From: a virus
Lineage: Duplodnaviria > Caudoviricetes
Virus record (IMG/VR): IMGVR_UViG_3300020045_015196
Location: 1 to 26,963 of that record
Direction: 5' to 3' (one strand)
DNA: 26,963 nucleotides
In this document: piece after piece, positions 9,982 to 19,600 of the stretch
Layout of the letters: the number at the start of each line of letters is the position of its first letter
How positions within the stretch are numbered: position 1 is the first letter of the stretch
The notes under the pieces: model-generated
Databases searched by the model: none
What the model was told of the DNA's origin: nothing
The model's input: the letters and a program-made list of their open reading frames with translations, nothing else
Made by a program: the position numbers and the translations under genes

Positions 9982-10002
9982 TAAAAATATTTAAAAATAA
10001 TT

Positions 10003-10027
10003 AAGACCTCTTATTGAGGTCTTTTTT
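10003..10027 (+). terminator. Intrinsic terminator after the sheath gene
   Basis: AAGACCTC-TTATT-GAGGTCTT followed by a T run. Confidence 0.85.
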
Positions 10028-10035
10028 ATTCCTAT

Positions 10036-10044
10036 ATATTTATG
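10036..10044 (+). promoter_or_regulatory. Putative late promoter motif ATATTTATG upstream of the tail tube gene
   Basis: Directly after the terminator, 23 nt before ATG 10068. Confidence 0.5.
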
Positions 10045-10067
10045 ATTATAACAATAAATTAAATAAA

Positions 10068-10556
10068 ATGGCAGTACTAGATAATAGCGAAATGATGTTC
10101 ACGGCCTTTGAGCCTATTGTAGCCAATCGCCATATTATGTATATAGATGGAATTCCATCATACCTAATTAAAAAAGTAACAGCACCTTCTTTCGATGCAG
10201 GAGAGATAAAATTAGACCATATCAATGTTTACCGTAAAATAAAAGGTAAGGTAAATTGGAATGATATGAATATTTCACTTTATAACCCAATTGCACCATC
10301 AGGAGCACAATCAGTAATGGAATGGGCTCGTTTAGCTCACGAATCTGTAACAGGTAGAGATGGGTATAGTGATTTCTATAAAAAAGATATTACTTTAAAT
10401 TTCTTAGGACCAGTAGGTGACGTAGTAAGTGAATGGATTATCAAAGGAGCATTTGTTAAAACAGCTACTTTCGGTGACTTCGACTGGGCGACTGGAGACG
10501 CAGCAAATGAAATCCAACTTACTCTGGCAATGGATTACGCAATCTTGAATTTTTAA
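10068..10556 (+). CDS. Tail tube protein (T4 gp19-like), 162 aa
   Basis: Follows the sheath gene. Motifs FEP...NR, KGK..W..., YKKDITL..LGPVGDVVSEW.IKGAF. True start is likely ATG 10068, because the ORF-track TTG start at 10014 lies inside a terminator. Confidence 0.93.
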   Translation: MAVLDNSEMMFTAFEPIVANRHIMYIDGIPSYLIKKVTAPSFDAGEIKLDHINVYRKIKGKVNWNDMNISLYNPIAPSGAQSVMEWARLAHESVTGRDGYSDFYKKDITLNFLGPVGDVVSEWIIKGAFVKTATFGDFDWATGDAANEIQLTLAMDYAILNF

Positions 10557-10586
10557 TCTTTGCCTTGGATGGCACAACAATAAATT

Positions 10587-10620
10587 AAAGAACCTAACAG
10601 AAATGTTAGGTTTCTTTATT
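10587..10620 (+). terminator. Intrinsic terminator after the tube gene
   Basis: AACCTAACA-GAAA-TGTTAGGTT followed by TCTTTATT. Confidence 0.85.
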
Positions 10621-10627
10621 CTATTAT

Positions 10628-10636
10628 ATATTTATA
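10628..10636 (+). promoter_or_regulatory. Putative late promoter motif ATATTTATA
   Basis: Directly after the terminator, 21 nt before ATG 10658. Confidence 0.55.
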
Positions 10637-10657
10637 TACACAAACACAAATAAAATT

Positions 10658-11419
10658 ATGGCCGAATCAAAATTTAAAATTCAAACCGAAATAATTGATC
10701 TCCCTTCTCGTGGTTTAATATATTCCTTAGATAATCCCTTATCTTCTGGTACTATTGAAATGAAATATATGGGATCTAGAGAAGAAGATATCCTTACTAA
10801 TCAAAACTATATAAAACAAGGTATAGCATTAGATAAATTACTTGAATCTTTAATTGTATCAAAAATTAATATTAATGATATAGTAGCTGGAGATAAAAAC
10901 GCCTTATTAATCGCATCAAGAATATTAGGATATGGTAAAGACTACACATTTAAATCATTTGATTCTAATGGAAAGTATGTAGATAAAACTATTGATTTAA
11001 CTACTTTAGAAGATAAAGAATTAAACCCAAAAGACCTATTAGAAGAAAGAAAAAATGAATTTAAATTCGACCTATCTAATTCAGGAGTACAAGTTACCTT
11101 TAGATTACTTACTCATGGTGATGAAAAAAATATAGACAAAGAAATTGAAGGAATAAAGAAAGTATTCCCAGACAAAGCACCACCAGAATTATCTACTCGC
11201 CTTAAATATATAATTACATCAGTTGATGGGGATAGAGATACTGCTACTATTCGTGATTTTGTAGATAATGGATTACTTGTTAAAGATTCTAGAGCGTTAA
11301 GAAGTGAAATAAAAAGAGTATCACCAGATGTTATTTTGGTATACAAAGAAGAGGGTGAAGTGGAGGGCACACCTATTCCAATTAATCTAAACTTTTTTTG
11401 GCCTCAATCAACAATATAG
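10658..11419 (+). CDS. Tail/baseplate assembly chaperone (T4 gp26-like; positional equivalent of lambda gpG)
   Basis: LPSRG..Y, M..REEDIL, GDKNALLIASRILGYG motifs. Sits between tube and tape measure genes and ends over a T7 slippery run (NFFWP). Confidence 0.75.
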   Translation: MAESKFKIQTEIIDLPSRGLIYSLDNPLSSGTIEMKYMGSREEDILTNQNYIKQGIALDKLLESLIVSKININDIVAGDKNALLIASRILGYGKDYTFKSFDSNGKYVDKTIDLTTLEDKELNPKDLLEERKNEFKFDLSNSGVQVTFRLLTHGDEKNIDKEIEGIKKVFPDKAPPELSTRLKYIITSVDGDRDTATIRDFVDNGLLVKDSRALRSEIKRVSPDVILVYKEEGEVEGTPIPINLNFFWPQSTI

Positions 11420-11663
11420 ATTAAAAATGTATTCTGATATAGATGATATTGTTACTTATGGAAATGGATATGATTGGGAAACAGTTTATAATTTTCCTAT
11501 ATGGCTTAGAAATTGGACGTATAAGAGAATCGAAGAAAGATTCAAAAAGAAAAATGAAGAAGCCGAAGCTCAAAATAATGTAGTTTCCAATACAACAAAT
11601 CCACAAAAAATAGCTAAACCACCACAATCACAAAATACTTACTCAACGAAGGTTCCCAAATAG
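11394..11663 (+). CDS. Frameshift extension of the chaperone (gpGT-like); alternatively a separate 78-aa ORF from ATG 11427
   Basis: The +1 frame opens only after TAA 11388-11390 and reads FFGLNQQYRLKMYSDIDDIVTYGNGYDWETVYNFPIWLRNW... The 'Y.W..VYN.PIWLR' pattern resembles gpT-type tails. Confidence 0.65.
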   Translation, partial: FFGLNQQYRLKMYSDIDDIVTYGNGYDWETVYNFPIWLRNWTYKRIEERFKKKNEEAEAQNNVVSNTTNPQKIAKPPQSQNTYSTKVPK

Positions 11664-11677
11664 GGAACTTTTGTTTT
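11650..11677 (+). terminator. Intrinsic terminator overlapping the stop of the chaperone extension
   Basis: GTTCCC-AAATA-GGGAAC followed by TTTTGTTTT. Confidence 0.7.
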
Positions 11678-11679
11678 CT

Positions 11680-11688
11680 ATATTTATA
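11680..11688 (+). promoter_or_regulatory. Putative late promoter motif ATATTTATA upstream of the tape measure gene
   Basis: Directly after the terminator, 14 nt before ATG 11703. Confidence 0.55.
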
Positions 11689-11702
11689 TAAAATAATATG
11701 AT

Positions 11703-14033
11703 ATGACCCCACAGGATGCACAAAAGCAACTAGACGATTTAAAAAAGGTAGCGGAGCAACTTCAATATACTATTCCTCAAAATTGGTTAGATGATCCATT
11801 ATCCAACGCTAATGCAATAACGGAAGCTTTTATTAAATGGGACGATGAACTTCAAGAAATAAAAAAAGATCTTAGTGGGTTAAATTCTATGTTAAAAGCA
11901 AATCTTCAAGATTTGACTAAATCTAACATACAATTAAACCAAGCTAGAAAGGCTACCAGAGATTTATCTTCTATATCTCAATCATTAATGAATGATAAAA
12001 GAAATATAGCAAGTTTAGATATAAAACAAATTGAAAGACTAAAACAACAAACCAAAATAAGTAACGACCTTCTTCAACAATCTATACAATCTGGAGAATT
12101 AAAAAACACAGAATTAGCTGCAACCCAAGATAACTTAAGACTTGGTATGCAATTATTGGATATAACTGAAGAAAGACTTGAATTAGAAAATAAAATAATA
12201 GAAAAGATGGGGTTAGCTCCCTCTATAGCAGACGGTTTAAGTAAGTCTTTAAATAAAATAGGGTTTGGAGGTTTAGCGAACCAACTTAAACTTGGAGAAG
12301 CTGTTGATAAAACTAAGGAATTTGTAAAAGCTAATGACGGAAATGTAAGTAGTTTTGCTACAATGAAAAATTTCTCTGGGAATGTGTTAGGTAATTTATC
12401 TAAAATGGTATCACCGACTAATTTACTTCAATTAGGTATAGGACTATTAGTAAATTCCTTAATAAAGGTCGATACTATGGCGGGAGAAACCGCTAAACAG
12501 TTCGGTACTTCATATGAAGAAGCAAATAAATTAAATCAAGAATTAACCCAAATCGCTGCTAAAACAGATAACACTTTTGTTACTACGAAGGCACTAGTCG
12601 AAGCTCAAAATAGTTTAAATAATTCGTTAGGTACCGCCAATTCATTAAGTGGAGATATGTTGGTTAATTTTACAGAATTGACCAAACAAGCAGGATATTC
12701 GGTAGAAGCTGCAACTACATTATCCAAACTTTCATTAACAACCGGAAAATCCTCTAAAGCTATAACTGAAACCTATTTAGGTCAAGTTAAAGCGTTGAAT
12801 GCTCAAAATGGATTAGCTATTAATGGAAAGCAGTTACTTAATGATATATCTAATATATCTAAAGCTACTTTAGTTACCTATGAAAAAAATCCAAAAGAAT
12901 TAGCTAAAGCAGCCTTTGAGGTTAAAAAAATAGGTCTTGGTTTAAAAGAAATTGAAGGAATACAACAATCTTTACTAGATATAGAAAGTTCTATTGGAGC
13001 AGAGTTCGAATCTGAAGTAATGACTGGTAGAGCTCTTAATTTGGAAAGAGCCCGATATTACGCCTTAACAAATGACATTTCAGGATTAGCTCAAGAAATG
13101 AATAAACAGGGTATTACAGCTGCTAAGTTTGGTGAGATGAATGTTATTCAACAAGAAGCTACCGCCAAAGCTTTAGGAATGTCTCGTGAAGAAATGGGTA
13201 AAATGTTAATAGAACAAGAATCTATTGCTGCCGTTGGTGGGAAAAATTTAGAAGATGTTAAAAAACAATATGAATTAGTTAAAGGTACATCAAAAGAACA
13301 AGAATTTTTAAATAAACTTGGTAACGAAGAATATGCACAACAACTTAAATCAACTACAACTCAAGAAAGATTCTTAGCTTTAACCGAAAAACTTCAAGAA
13401 GTATTTATATCAATGGCGGGACCCGTTATGGATGTAGTATCTCCAATAATGGATTTAGTATCAACAATTACAGCTCCAATAGCTTGGATTTCAGAACAAT
13501 TTGGAGAATGGGGCACTATGTTGGGTGAATTAATAGGACCTTTAGGACAAGTGGGAAAATTATTAAAAGGAGTTGCTATGTTAGCCGTAGGATATGCTGC
13601 TTACGCATCATATGCATCATTAGCAGCAATCCCTATAGTAGGACCTGTATTAGGTGGAGTAGCTGCCGCTGGTATATTAGCCGCTGGTACCAGTTTTATA
13701 GGTTCCATACAAGATGGACAAATAGACCCGAATGGGGGATTAATGGTATCAGGACCTAAAGGGTCTATACAATTAGATAGTGAAGATACTTTTGTCGGTA
13801 ATAAAAACGGAATAATAGCTGGTACTAATTTAGGTAAGAATAATACTCCTCAAAGTAATGAGGGAGGGATTTCAATATTAGCTTCATCTTTAAATAATAA
13901 AATGGATCAGATGATAGGAAGGTTAGATAATCTTATTATTGCTGTAAATAAAGGTATGGTAGTTAATTTAGATGGTATTAAGGTATCAGAAGGATTATCA
14001 ACTCCTATGGCTATATCAAATAGAAGAATATAA
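11703..14033 (+). CDS. Tail tape measure protein (776 aa)
   Basis: Long alpha-helical A/L/K/Q/E-rich protein after tube and chaperones, with a C-terminal hydrophobic G/A-rich segment (SLAAIPIVGPVLGGVAAAGILAAG). Confidence 0.88.
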   Translation: MTPQDAQKQLDDLKKVAEQLQYTIPQNWLDDPLSNANAITEAFIKWDDELQEIKKDLSGLNSMLKANLQDLTKSNIQLNQARKATRDLSSISQSLMNDKRNIASLDIKQIERLKQQTKISNDLLQQSIQSGELKNTELAATQDNLRLGMQLLDITEERLELENKIIEKMGLAPSIADGLSKSLNKIGFGGLANQLKLGEAVDKTKEFVKANDGNVSSFATMKNFSGNVLGNLSKMVSPTNLLQLGIGLLVNSLIKVDTMAGETAKQFGTSYEEANKLNQELTQIAAKTDNTFVTTKALVEAQNSLNNSLGTANSLSGDMLVNFTELTKQAGYSVEAATTLSKLSLTTGKSSKAITETYLGQVKALNAQNGLAINGKQLLNDISNISKATLVTYEKNPKELAKAAFEVKKIGLGLKEIEGIQQSLLDIESSIGAEFESEVMTGRALNLERARYYALTNDISGLAQEMNKQGITAAKFGEMNVIQQEATAKALGMSREEMGKMLIEQESIAAVGGKNLEDVKKQYELVKGTSKEQEFLNKLGNEEYAQQLKSTTTQERFLALTEKLQEVFISMAGPVMDVVSPIMDLVSTITAPIAWISEQFGEWGTMLGELIGPLGQVGKLLKGVAMLAVGYAAYASYASLAAIPIVGPVLGGVAAAGILAAGTSFIGSIQDGQIDPNGGLMVSGPKGSIQLDSEDTFVGNKNGIIAGTNLGKNNTPQSNEGGISILASSLNNKMDQMIGRLDNLIIAVNKGMVVNLDGIKVSEGLSTPMAISNRRI

Positions 14034-14039
14034 TAATTA

Positions 14040-14048
14040 ATATTTATA
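14040..14048 (+). promoter_or_regulatory. Putative late promoter motif ATATTTATA
   Basis: Intergenic, 13 nt before ATG 14062. Confidence 0.55.
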
Positions 14049-14061
14049 ATAAAATAAAATC

Positions 14062-14262
14062 ATGTCAATACTAGGCCAAGAAAAAAAATCTCATTTCTCA
14101 AAAGGAGGAGTAACAGAAAATAATCTGTCTAAACTAAGAGGATCTAAACAACATAACGAGTATTCCATCAATGGTACTCCTAACATACCAGATAAACCAT
14201 CTCCATCATTATTAGACCCTTCCCAACCTGCTACAAAATATTTGAATAACCTTCCAAAATAA
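14062..14262 (+). CDS. Small hypothetical tail protein (66 aa)
   Basis: ORF with A-rich leader, directly after the tape measure gene; Pro-rich C-terminus. Confidence 0.7.
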   Translation: MSILGQEKKSHFSKGGVTENNLSKLRGSKQHNEYSINGTPNIPDKPSPSLLDPSQPATKYLNNLPK

Positions 14263-14264
14263 TT

Positions 14265-16085
14265 ATGGCATTAAGAGAGTTAAAATCTGATTTGCGCAAT
14301 CTAAAATATGGGAAAGATCGCCCTGGTGGGGGAAGTTCTGGTTTACCTTACATAAAATACTCTCTATCAGGAATCGAAACTGAACCGGTAAGAACCATTA
14401 TAGAATCAGCGAGATTCAGCTCAGATTATCCACAAAGAGGTGGTCTATATGCCGTTCGTGCCGCTGCGGAAGATGCCATTAGAATACGCAAGTTTTTAAC
14501 TGATTTTCCTAAAGGTAGTAATTTTACTTCTAAACAAGTAGATTTACAAAAATCAAACCCACTAATAGAAACGGGAAAAAATGGTGGTAGAATCAATACT
14601 AGAACTTACAACTTAAATTCTAATTTACTCCTTTCTACTCTTACAGCAGGGACCGGAATTCATTATCCCAGATCTGGAGCAACTCCATTAACTTTATTAG
14701 AAGATGATGTAAAATATTTATCACTTGTTGGAAAAAAACCTAGTGAAGAAAATCGATTAGTAAATTTATATAATAGTAAAATAATTAAAATTGAAGGGAA
14801 TACTTCTATATTAGATAATTTAGGTATAGCAAGTTCTGAATTCCAAATAATGAATTATGATGCCGGTCCTAACTCTTTATATGGAAACGGAGAAACTATA
14901 ATATTTAGATCTACAGATAATAAAGGATCTATACTAGACACTAGAAGAGCTAAAGGATCGAATTCATTTTCCCATTATATTTTACAACCTACCACAGGTT
15001 CTTTAGGAAATAATTTATATTTTATTAATAGTGATATAAGTAGTTTTTTAAAGTCACACAATTCAGGAAGTGATATAAATAATTTATTAGGGATTGATGG
15101 AAATGGTAATATAACACAACCTATTAATTATACATTTAATTCTTCTCCTTTTTCTAATACTTTAACTTACGATCAAATATCTAAAAAGATTCAAGGTGAA
15201 AAAATTACAGACTTTAGAAGAGATGTTGGAATATCTGGTAGTGTATTTTCAAGAGATTACACAAATCCACAGGTTCCTATGACTACTAGAATAGGTATTG
15301 GATCTCCCGGAGCTAGACCTAGATTAAGTGTAGGAACCTCAAAAAACGGTAGAGAAAATACTAACAATATATTTAAGGATGGTCAAGATAAAGTGAATAT
15401 GACTCCTATATACTATGGAAATTTTAATGAACATACTGTAGAAAAAGACCCAAATTCCAGAGATTTAATAAAATTCGCTTTTGAAACTATAGATAATAAT
15501 AACACAAATAATACTTATAGAACCCATTTTAGAGCATTTTTGAAAGGATTTACGGATAATAATTCAGCAGATTGGGAAGGTAAAAGATATTCTGGAAGGG
15601 GGGAAAATATGTACACTTATCAAGGTTTTGATAGAACGATTTCCTTTAATTTTATTATATTGGCTCAATCCAAACAAGAAATGAAACCTTTATGGCAAAA
15701 ATTAAATTACCTTAATTCCACACTACAACCTGACTATTCATTAGATGGTTTTATGAGAGGAAATATAACTCGATTAACTATTGGAGAGTATTTATATAGA
15801 ACTCCTGGTATAATCAAATCATTAAATTATACTGTGGATGATAATTACTCTTGGGAAATAAAAATGGACGAACCTGAAGGGGGGAGAGATAATGATATGA
15901 TGGAACTACCTCACGCAATAAATGTATCGGTTTCATTTACTCCAATATTCCATACTTTGCCAAGAACTGTTACATTAAATGATTTCGAGGTACCATCACT
16001 AATATCAGAAAATATTGGAGATCAAGAAAATTTTATACGAGATAAAAATCCATTCTTTGATTTAAACTCCAATAAAAAATTATAA
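14265..16085 (+). CDS. Baseplate / tube-initiator-like protein (606 aa)
   Basis: The C-terminal domain (FRAFL..FTDN..A.W....Y.GRGE..Y.Y.GFDRTISFNF...RLTIG.Y....PG.I.SL.Y) resembles a tube-fold initiator. Canonical position after the tape measure gene. Confidence 0.65.
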   Translation: MALRELKSDLRNLKYGKDRPGGGSSGLPYIKYSLSGIETEPVRTIIESARFSSDYPQRGGLYAVRAAAEDAIRIRKFLTDFPKGSNFTSKQVDLQKSNPLIETGKNGGRINTRTYNLNSNLLLSTLTAGTGIHYPRSGATPLTLLEDDVKYLSLVGKKPSEENRLVNLYNSKIIKIEGNTSILDNLGIASSEFQIMNYDAGPNSLYGNGETIIFRSTDNKGSILDTRRAKGSNSFSHYILQPTTGSLGNNLYFINSDISSFLKSHNSGSDINNLLGIDGNGNITQPINYTFNSSPFSNTLTYDQISKKIQGEKITDFRRDVGISGSVFSRDYTNPQVPMTTRIGIGSPGARPRLSVGTSKNGRENTNNIFKDGQDKVNMTPIYYGNFNEHTVEKDPNSRDLIKFAFETIDNNNTNNTYRTHFRAFLKGFTDNNSADWEGKRYSGRGENMYTYQGFDRTISFNFIILAQSKQEMKPLWQKLNYLNSTLQPDYSLDGFMRGNITRLTIGEYLYRTPGIIKSLNYTVDDNYSWEIKMDEPEGGRDNDMMELPHAINVSVSFTPIFHTLPRTVTLNDFEVPSLISENIGDQENFIRDKNPFFDLNSNKKL

Positions 16086-16088
16086 AAT

Positions 16089-16391
16089 ATGTCATCACGT
16101 TATACCACTATACCTACATATACTAATGATGAAGGAAAACAACTTTATTCACAAACTTATTATCCAGAAATTGGCCTTAAGGAAGATGATGTGTATATTA
16201 TAACTTCATATAATGATAGACTAGATCTTATTGCGTATGATTTTTGGGGAGATGAAACTTTATGGTGGGCTGTTGCTATGGCAAACGATTTAGAATGTGA
16301 TAGCTTTTACCCTCCAATAGGAATTCAACTTAGAATACCAAGAGATTCAACTTCTATAATAACCACTTTCCAAAAAGCAAATGAAATATAA
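16089..16391 (+). CDS. LysM-like baseplate wedge protein (gp53/tail X-like)
   Basis: DRLDLIAYDFWGDETLWWAVAMAN...GIQLRIP signature. Confidence 0.85.
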   Translation: MSSRYTTIPTYTNDEGKQLYSQTYYPEIGLKEDDVYIITSYNDRLDLIAYDFWGDETLWWAVAMANDLECDSFYPPIGIQLRIPRDSTSIITTFQKANEI

Positions 16392-16695
16392 CGAAATAGA
16401 ACGTCTTCAACAATTAGCTGGTATTATTAATGAGATTAAAGTAAATAAACCATCAAGTGATCCTGTTGATAATTATATAATGAGAAAATTTAAACCAACT
16501 TCTAAAAAAGTTGGGAAGGGTCCTGACGGTGATCCTTGGACTATATACTATCTTTCTGACGATGATGGAAGTGGTATTGTTCCTGAAATAATATATTATC
16601 CAAATAATGAATATGATAAAATATCTATGTATGGTGTTAGCGATTATTCAAAAACAAATAATGATATTAATACTTTTATAAATTCTTTAAAATAA
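16381..16695 (+). CDS. RLQQLAG-leader family protein 1 (104 aa)
   Basis: N-terminus MKYNEIERLQQLAGIINEIKVNKP is shared with ORFs at 23106 and 23489. Overlaps the upstream gene by 11 nt. Confidence 0.8.
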   Translation: MKYNEIERLQQLAGIINEIKVNKPSSDPVDNYIMRKFKPTSKKVGKGPDGDPWTIYYLSDDDGSGIVPEIIYYPNNEYDKISMYGVSDYSKTNNDINTFINSLK

Positions 16696-16699
16696 TGTT

Positions 16700-19600
16700 A
16701 TGGCGGATAAATTTACAAATATCGCAGGGGGTGCATTTCTTCCTTATGTAGTTAAACAGATTGAAAATAGAAAAAAATTTGTTGAAGAATTCAATAATAA
16801 AAGAGAAAATAAACATCTTGTTTACTTTAATAACAAGAATGCCTGGATTAGATTAACTTCATGTGTTGATGTAACAGAATCACATCCTCTATTCGCAGAA
16901 TATGGATTATCTGGTGCAGCCTTGGCTAAAAAATATATTTTACAAGGAGGTACAGTACAAAATAATGATGGTACTATTACTAATAGATCTGGAGTAGAAT
17001 CAAATGGTTCTTACAACATGTTATCAAATAAACCTTTAGGTTTCAAACCTATGCCTGGTATAACTTCAATTGATTTAAGTTCTGCTGGGAAATTAGGTAC
17101 TTTACAATATGCCACTATAAAATTTATAGCTTATGATATAAAACAACTAGAATTAATGGATGCCTTATATATGAAACTAGGATTTTCATTAGTTTTAGAA
17201 TGGGGTCATACTATTTATTTAGATGAAAATTCTAACATATCAACACCAAAACCATTAGATGTATTTAGTTATTCCACCAAAGAACAATTAGTAAAAGCTA
17301 TTCAAAAAAAGAGGGTAGAACACTCTAGTAATTATGATGCTATGGTAGGAACTATATCAAATTTTGGTTGGGAAAGTCAAGATGATGGTTCATATATTTG
17401 TGATATTAAATTAGTCGGAGCAGGAGACATACTAGATTCATTAAAAATAAATCAAGCGGTAAATAAAAATACCAACTTTTTATCCCAACCTGTGAATACT
17501 GGGGATGATGCTGAAAAACAAGACTTAACATCTCAAATAGCAGATAAAGATTTATCGGTATTAAATAAAGCTTTATTCTCAATATGGCAACAAGTTACAA
17601 AACAAACCCCTAAAGAATCAAAAATAACAGTTGTAGGGACTAATACTCCTAGTTATAGAAAAGTACTAAATAAAATATATAATAATACTCCATATAAATT
17701 TATAAGTTTTAACGATAATGGGGATTTAGTTGGAGATGAAATTTCTTTGAAAGGAAATCATTATTCTTTAATATCTGAATTAAATAAAAATAATGGAGGT
17801 GATGCATCATTTATACCTAATATTTCAAAAACATTATTTACATCAATTGGTATTCCATATCAAATAACAGACAATGAAGGGAATGGAGATGGTGAAAAAC
17901 AAGTTTATATAACTTTAGGTCATTTTTTAGCTCTAGTTACTTCTACAGGAATGGTATATAATAAAAGTGGTGATAGTATTAAACCTCATATTTATATTGA
18001 TTTCAATGATTCATTAAATTATTGTGCTACATTTAAAGGACAAATGTCTATGGATCCTAGAATTTGTATAATTCCAAGAAATCAAAATAATCTTGATGAC
18101 CCTTTCGGATTAGGGATTATAGAAGACAAATTATTCAATGATATTGGTGGGATTGTGGTCGAAAAAGAAGTTGAAATTACTACATCTGGAGGTTCCACTT
18201 ATGGACCACCATCTAGAACATTAGAAACCAAATATATATCAGAAAAAAAACCCAATGGTTTTGTAAATAATTATCTTAATATAACCTCCGAAGAAAAAGA
18301 GATAAGAGCTAGAATGATGTGTTTATTAATTAATATAAACTATATTACTGATGTTTTAAGGAATCATAGGGAAAAAGATGGAAAGGGAGATGTATTTTTT
18401 TCTGAATTTATAACTTCTATACTAGATGGAATTAGTAAATCATTATGTGGTTTTAATGAATTTAGGGTTATTGTAGATGATTCCAATAAATGCGCTAGAA
18501 TAATAGATGATAATAAATTATCTTTACAAAAAGAATTAGAAGATCCAACACAATATACTGAAATCCCTATATTGGGAAATAAAAGTATTGTATATAATTA
18601 TAATTTTCAATCTAAAATAAGTCCTAAAATGGCTAGTATGGTTACTATAGCCGCTCAAGCTCAACCTAGTACTTTAGGAGAAGATACTTTTGCTATATCT
18701 AATTTATCTAGAGGACTAATAGATAGAACATCTGAAGAGAAAACGACATCAAATAATAATCCCCAATCCCCAAAACCTAAATCTCAACAACCAACTACAC
18801 AATCCGAAGACAACTTAAAAACACTAACCCAACATCTACAAAACATAATGGGGTCTGATGGTCGAAGTTTGAATATTAATGTATCCGCTATAGACCCCTC
18901 AATAAACACATATAGAGGAATATTATCAGAATACAGAATAACACAAGACTCTACAAATAAAGGATCAATAATAATCCCATTAGATTTTAATATAACAATG
19001 GATGGAATATCCGGGATAATACCAAATTCAGCCTTTACTATTCCACCAAATTTATTACCATCTTCTTATAAAACTAAAGATAATTTACCTAAAATAGCTT
19101 TTATAATACACAATATAAGTCAAGTATTTGATAATAATAAATGGACTACTAAAATAACTGGGCAAACTATTAATATAAGATTTGACAAGGATGATATTAA
19201 GACATATACTAATTATAACCAATCTATAGATTCTGGATTAGTTTCATCAATTCCAAATTTATCGAATCCTTATAATATTATATTAACAATACCATCTAAT
19301 ATAGTAGAGACTAATAAATCTCTAACCAAATTAAAAAATATAATAGGAAACTATGAAAGTGGTAACAATTATGGGGTCGCAAATACTGGAGGGGATGGAG
19401 TTAGATCATCAACAAATGTAAATGGAATATCCTTTAATTCATTAAAGACTTTCCAAAATATATCGAATGATAGTGATAGAAGACGAGTATTTGCTTCTGG
19501 AAGATTCCAAATAATACCATCCACTATGGATTCTATTAAATTATCTTTAGGATTAAAAAATAACGATAGATATAGTCCAATAAATCAAGAAAAAATGGGA

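Noticed and set aside
10014-10067. ORF-track N-terminal extension of the tail tube protein
   Set aside because: The TTG start lies inside a terminator hairpin and spans the promoter motif. ATG 10068 has the typical A-rich leader.
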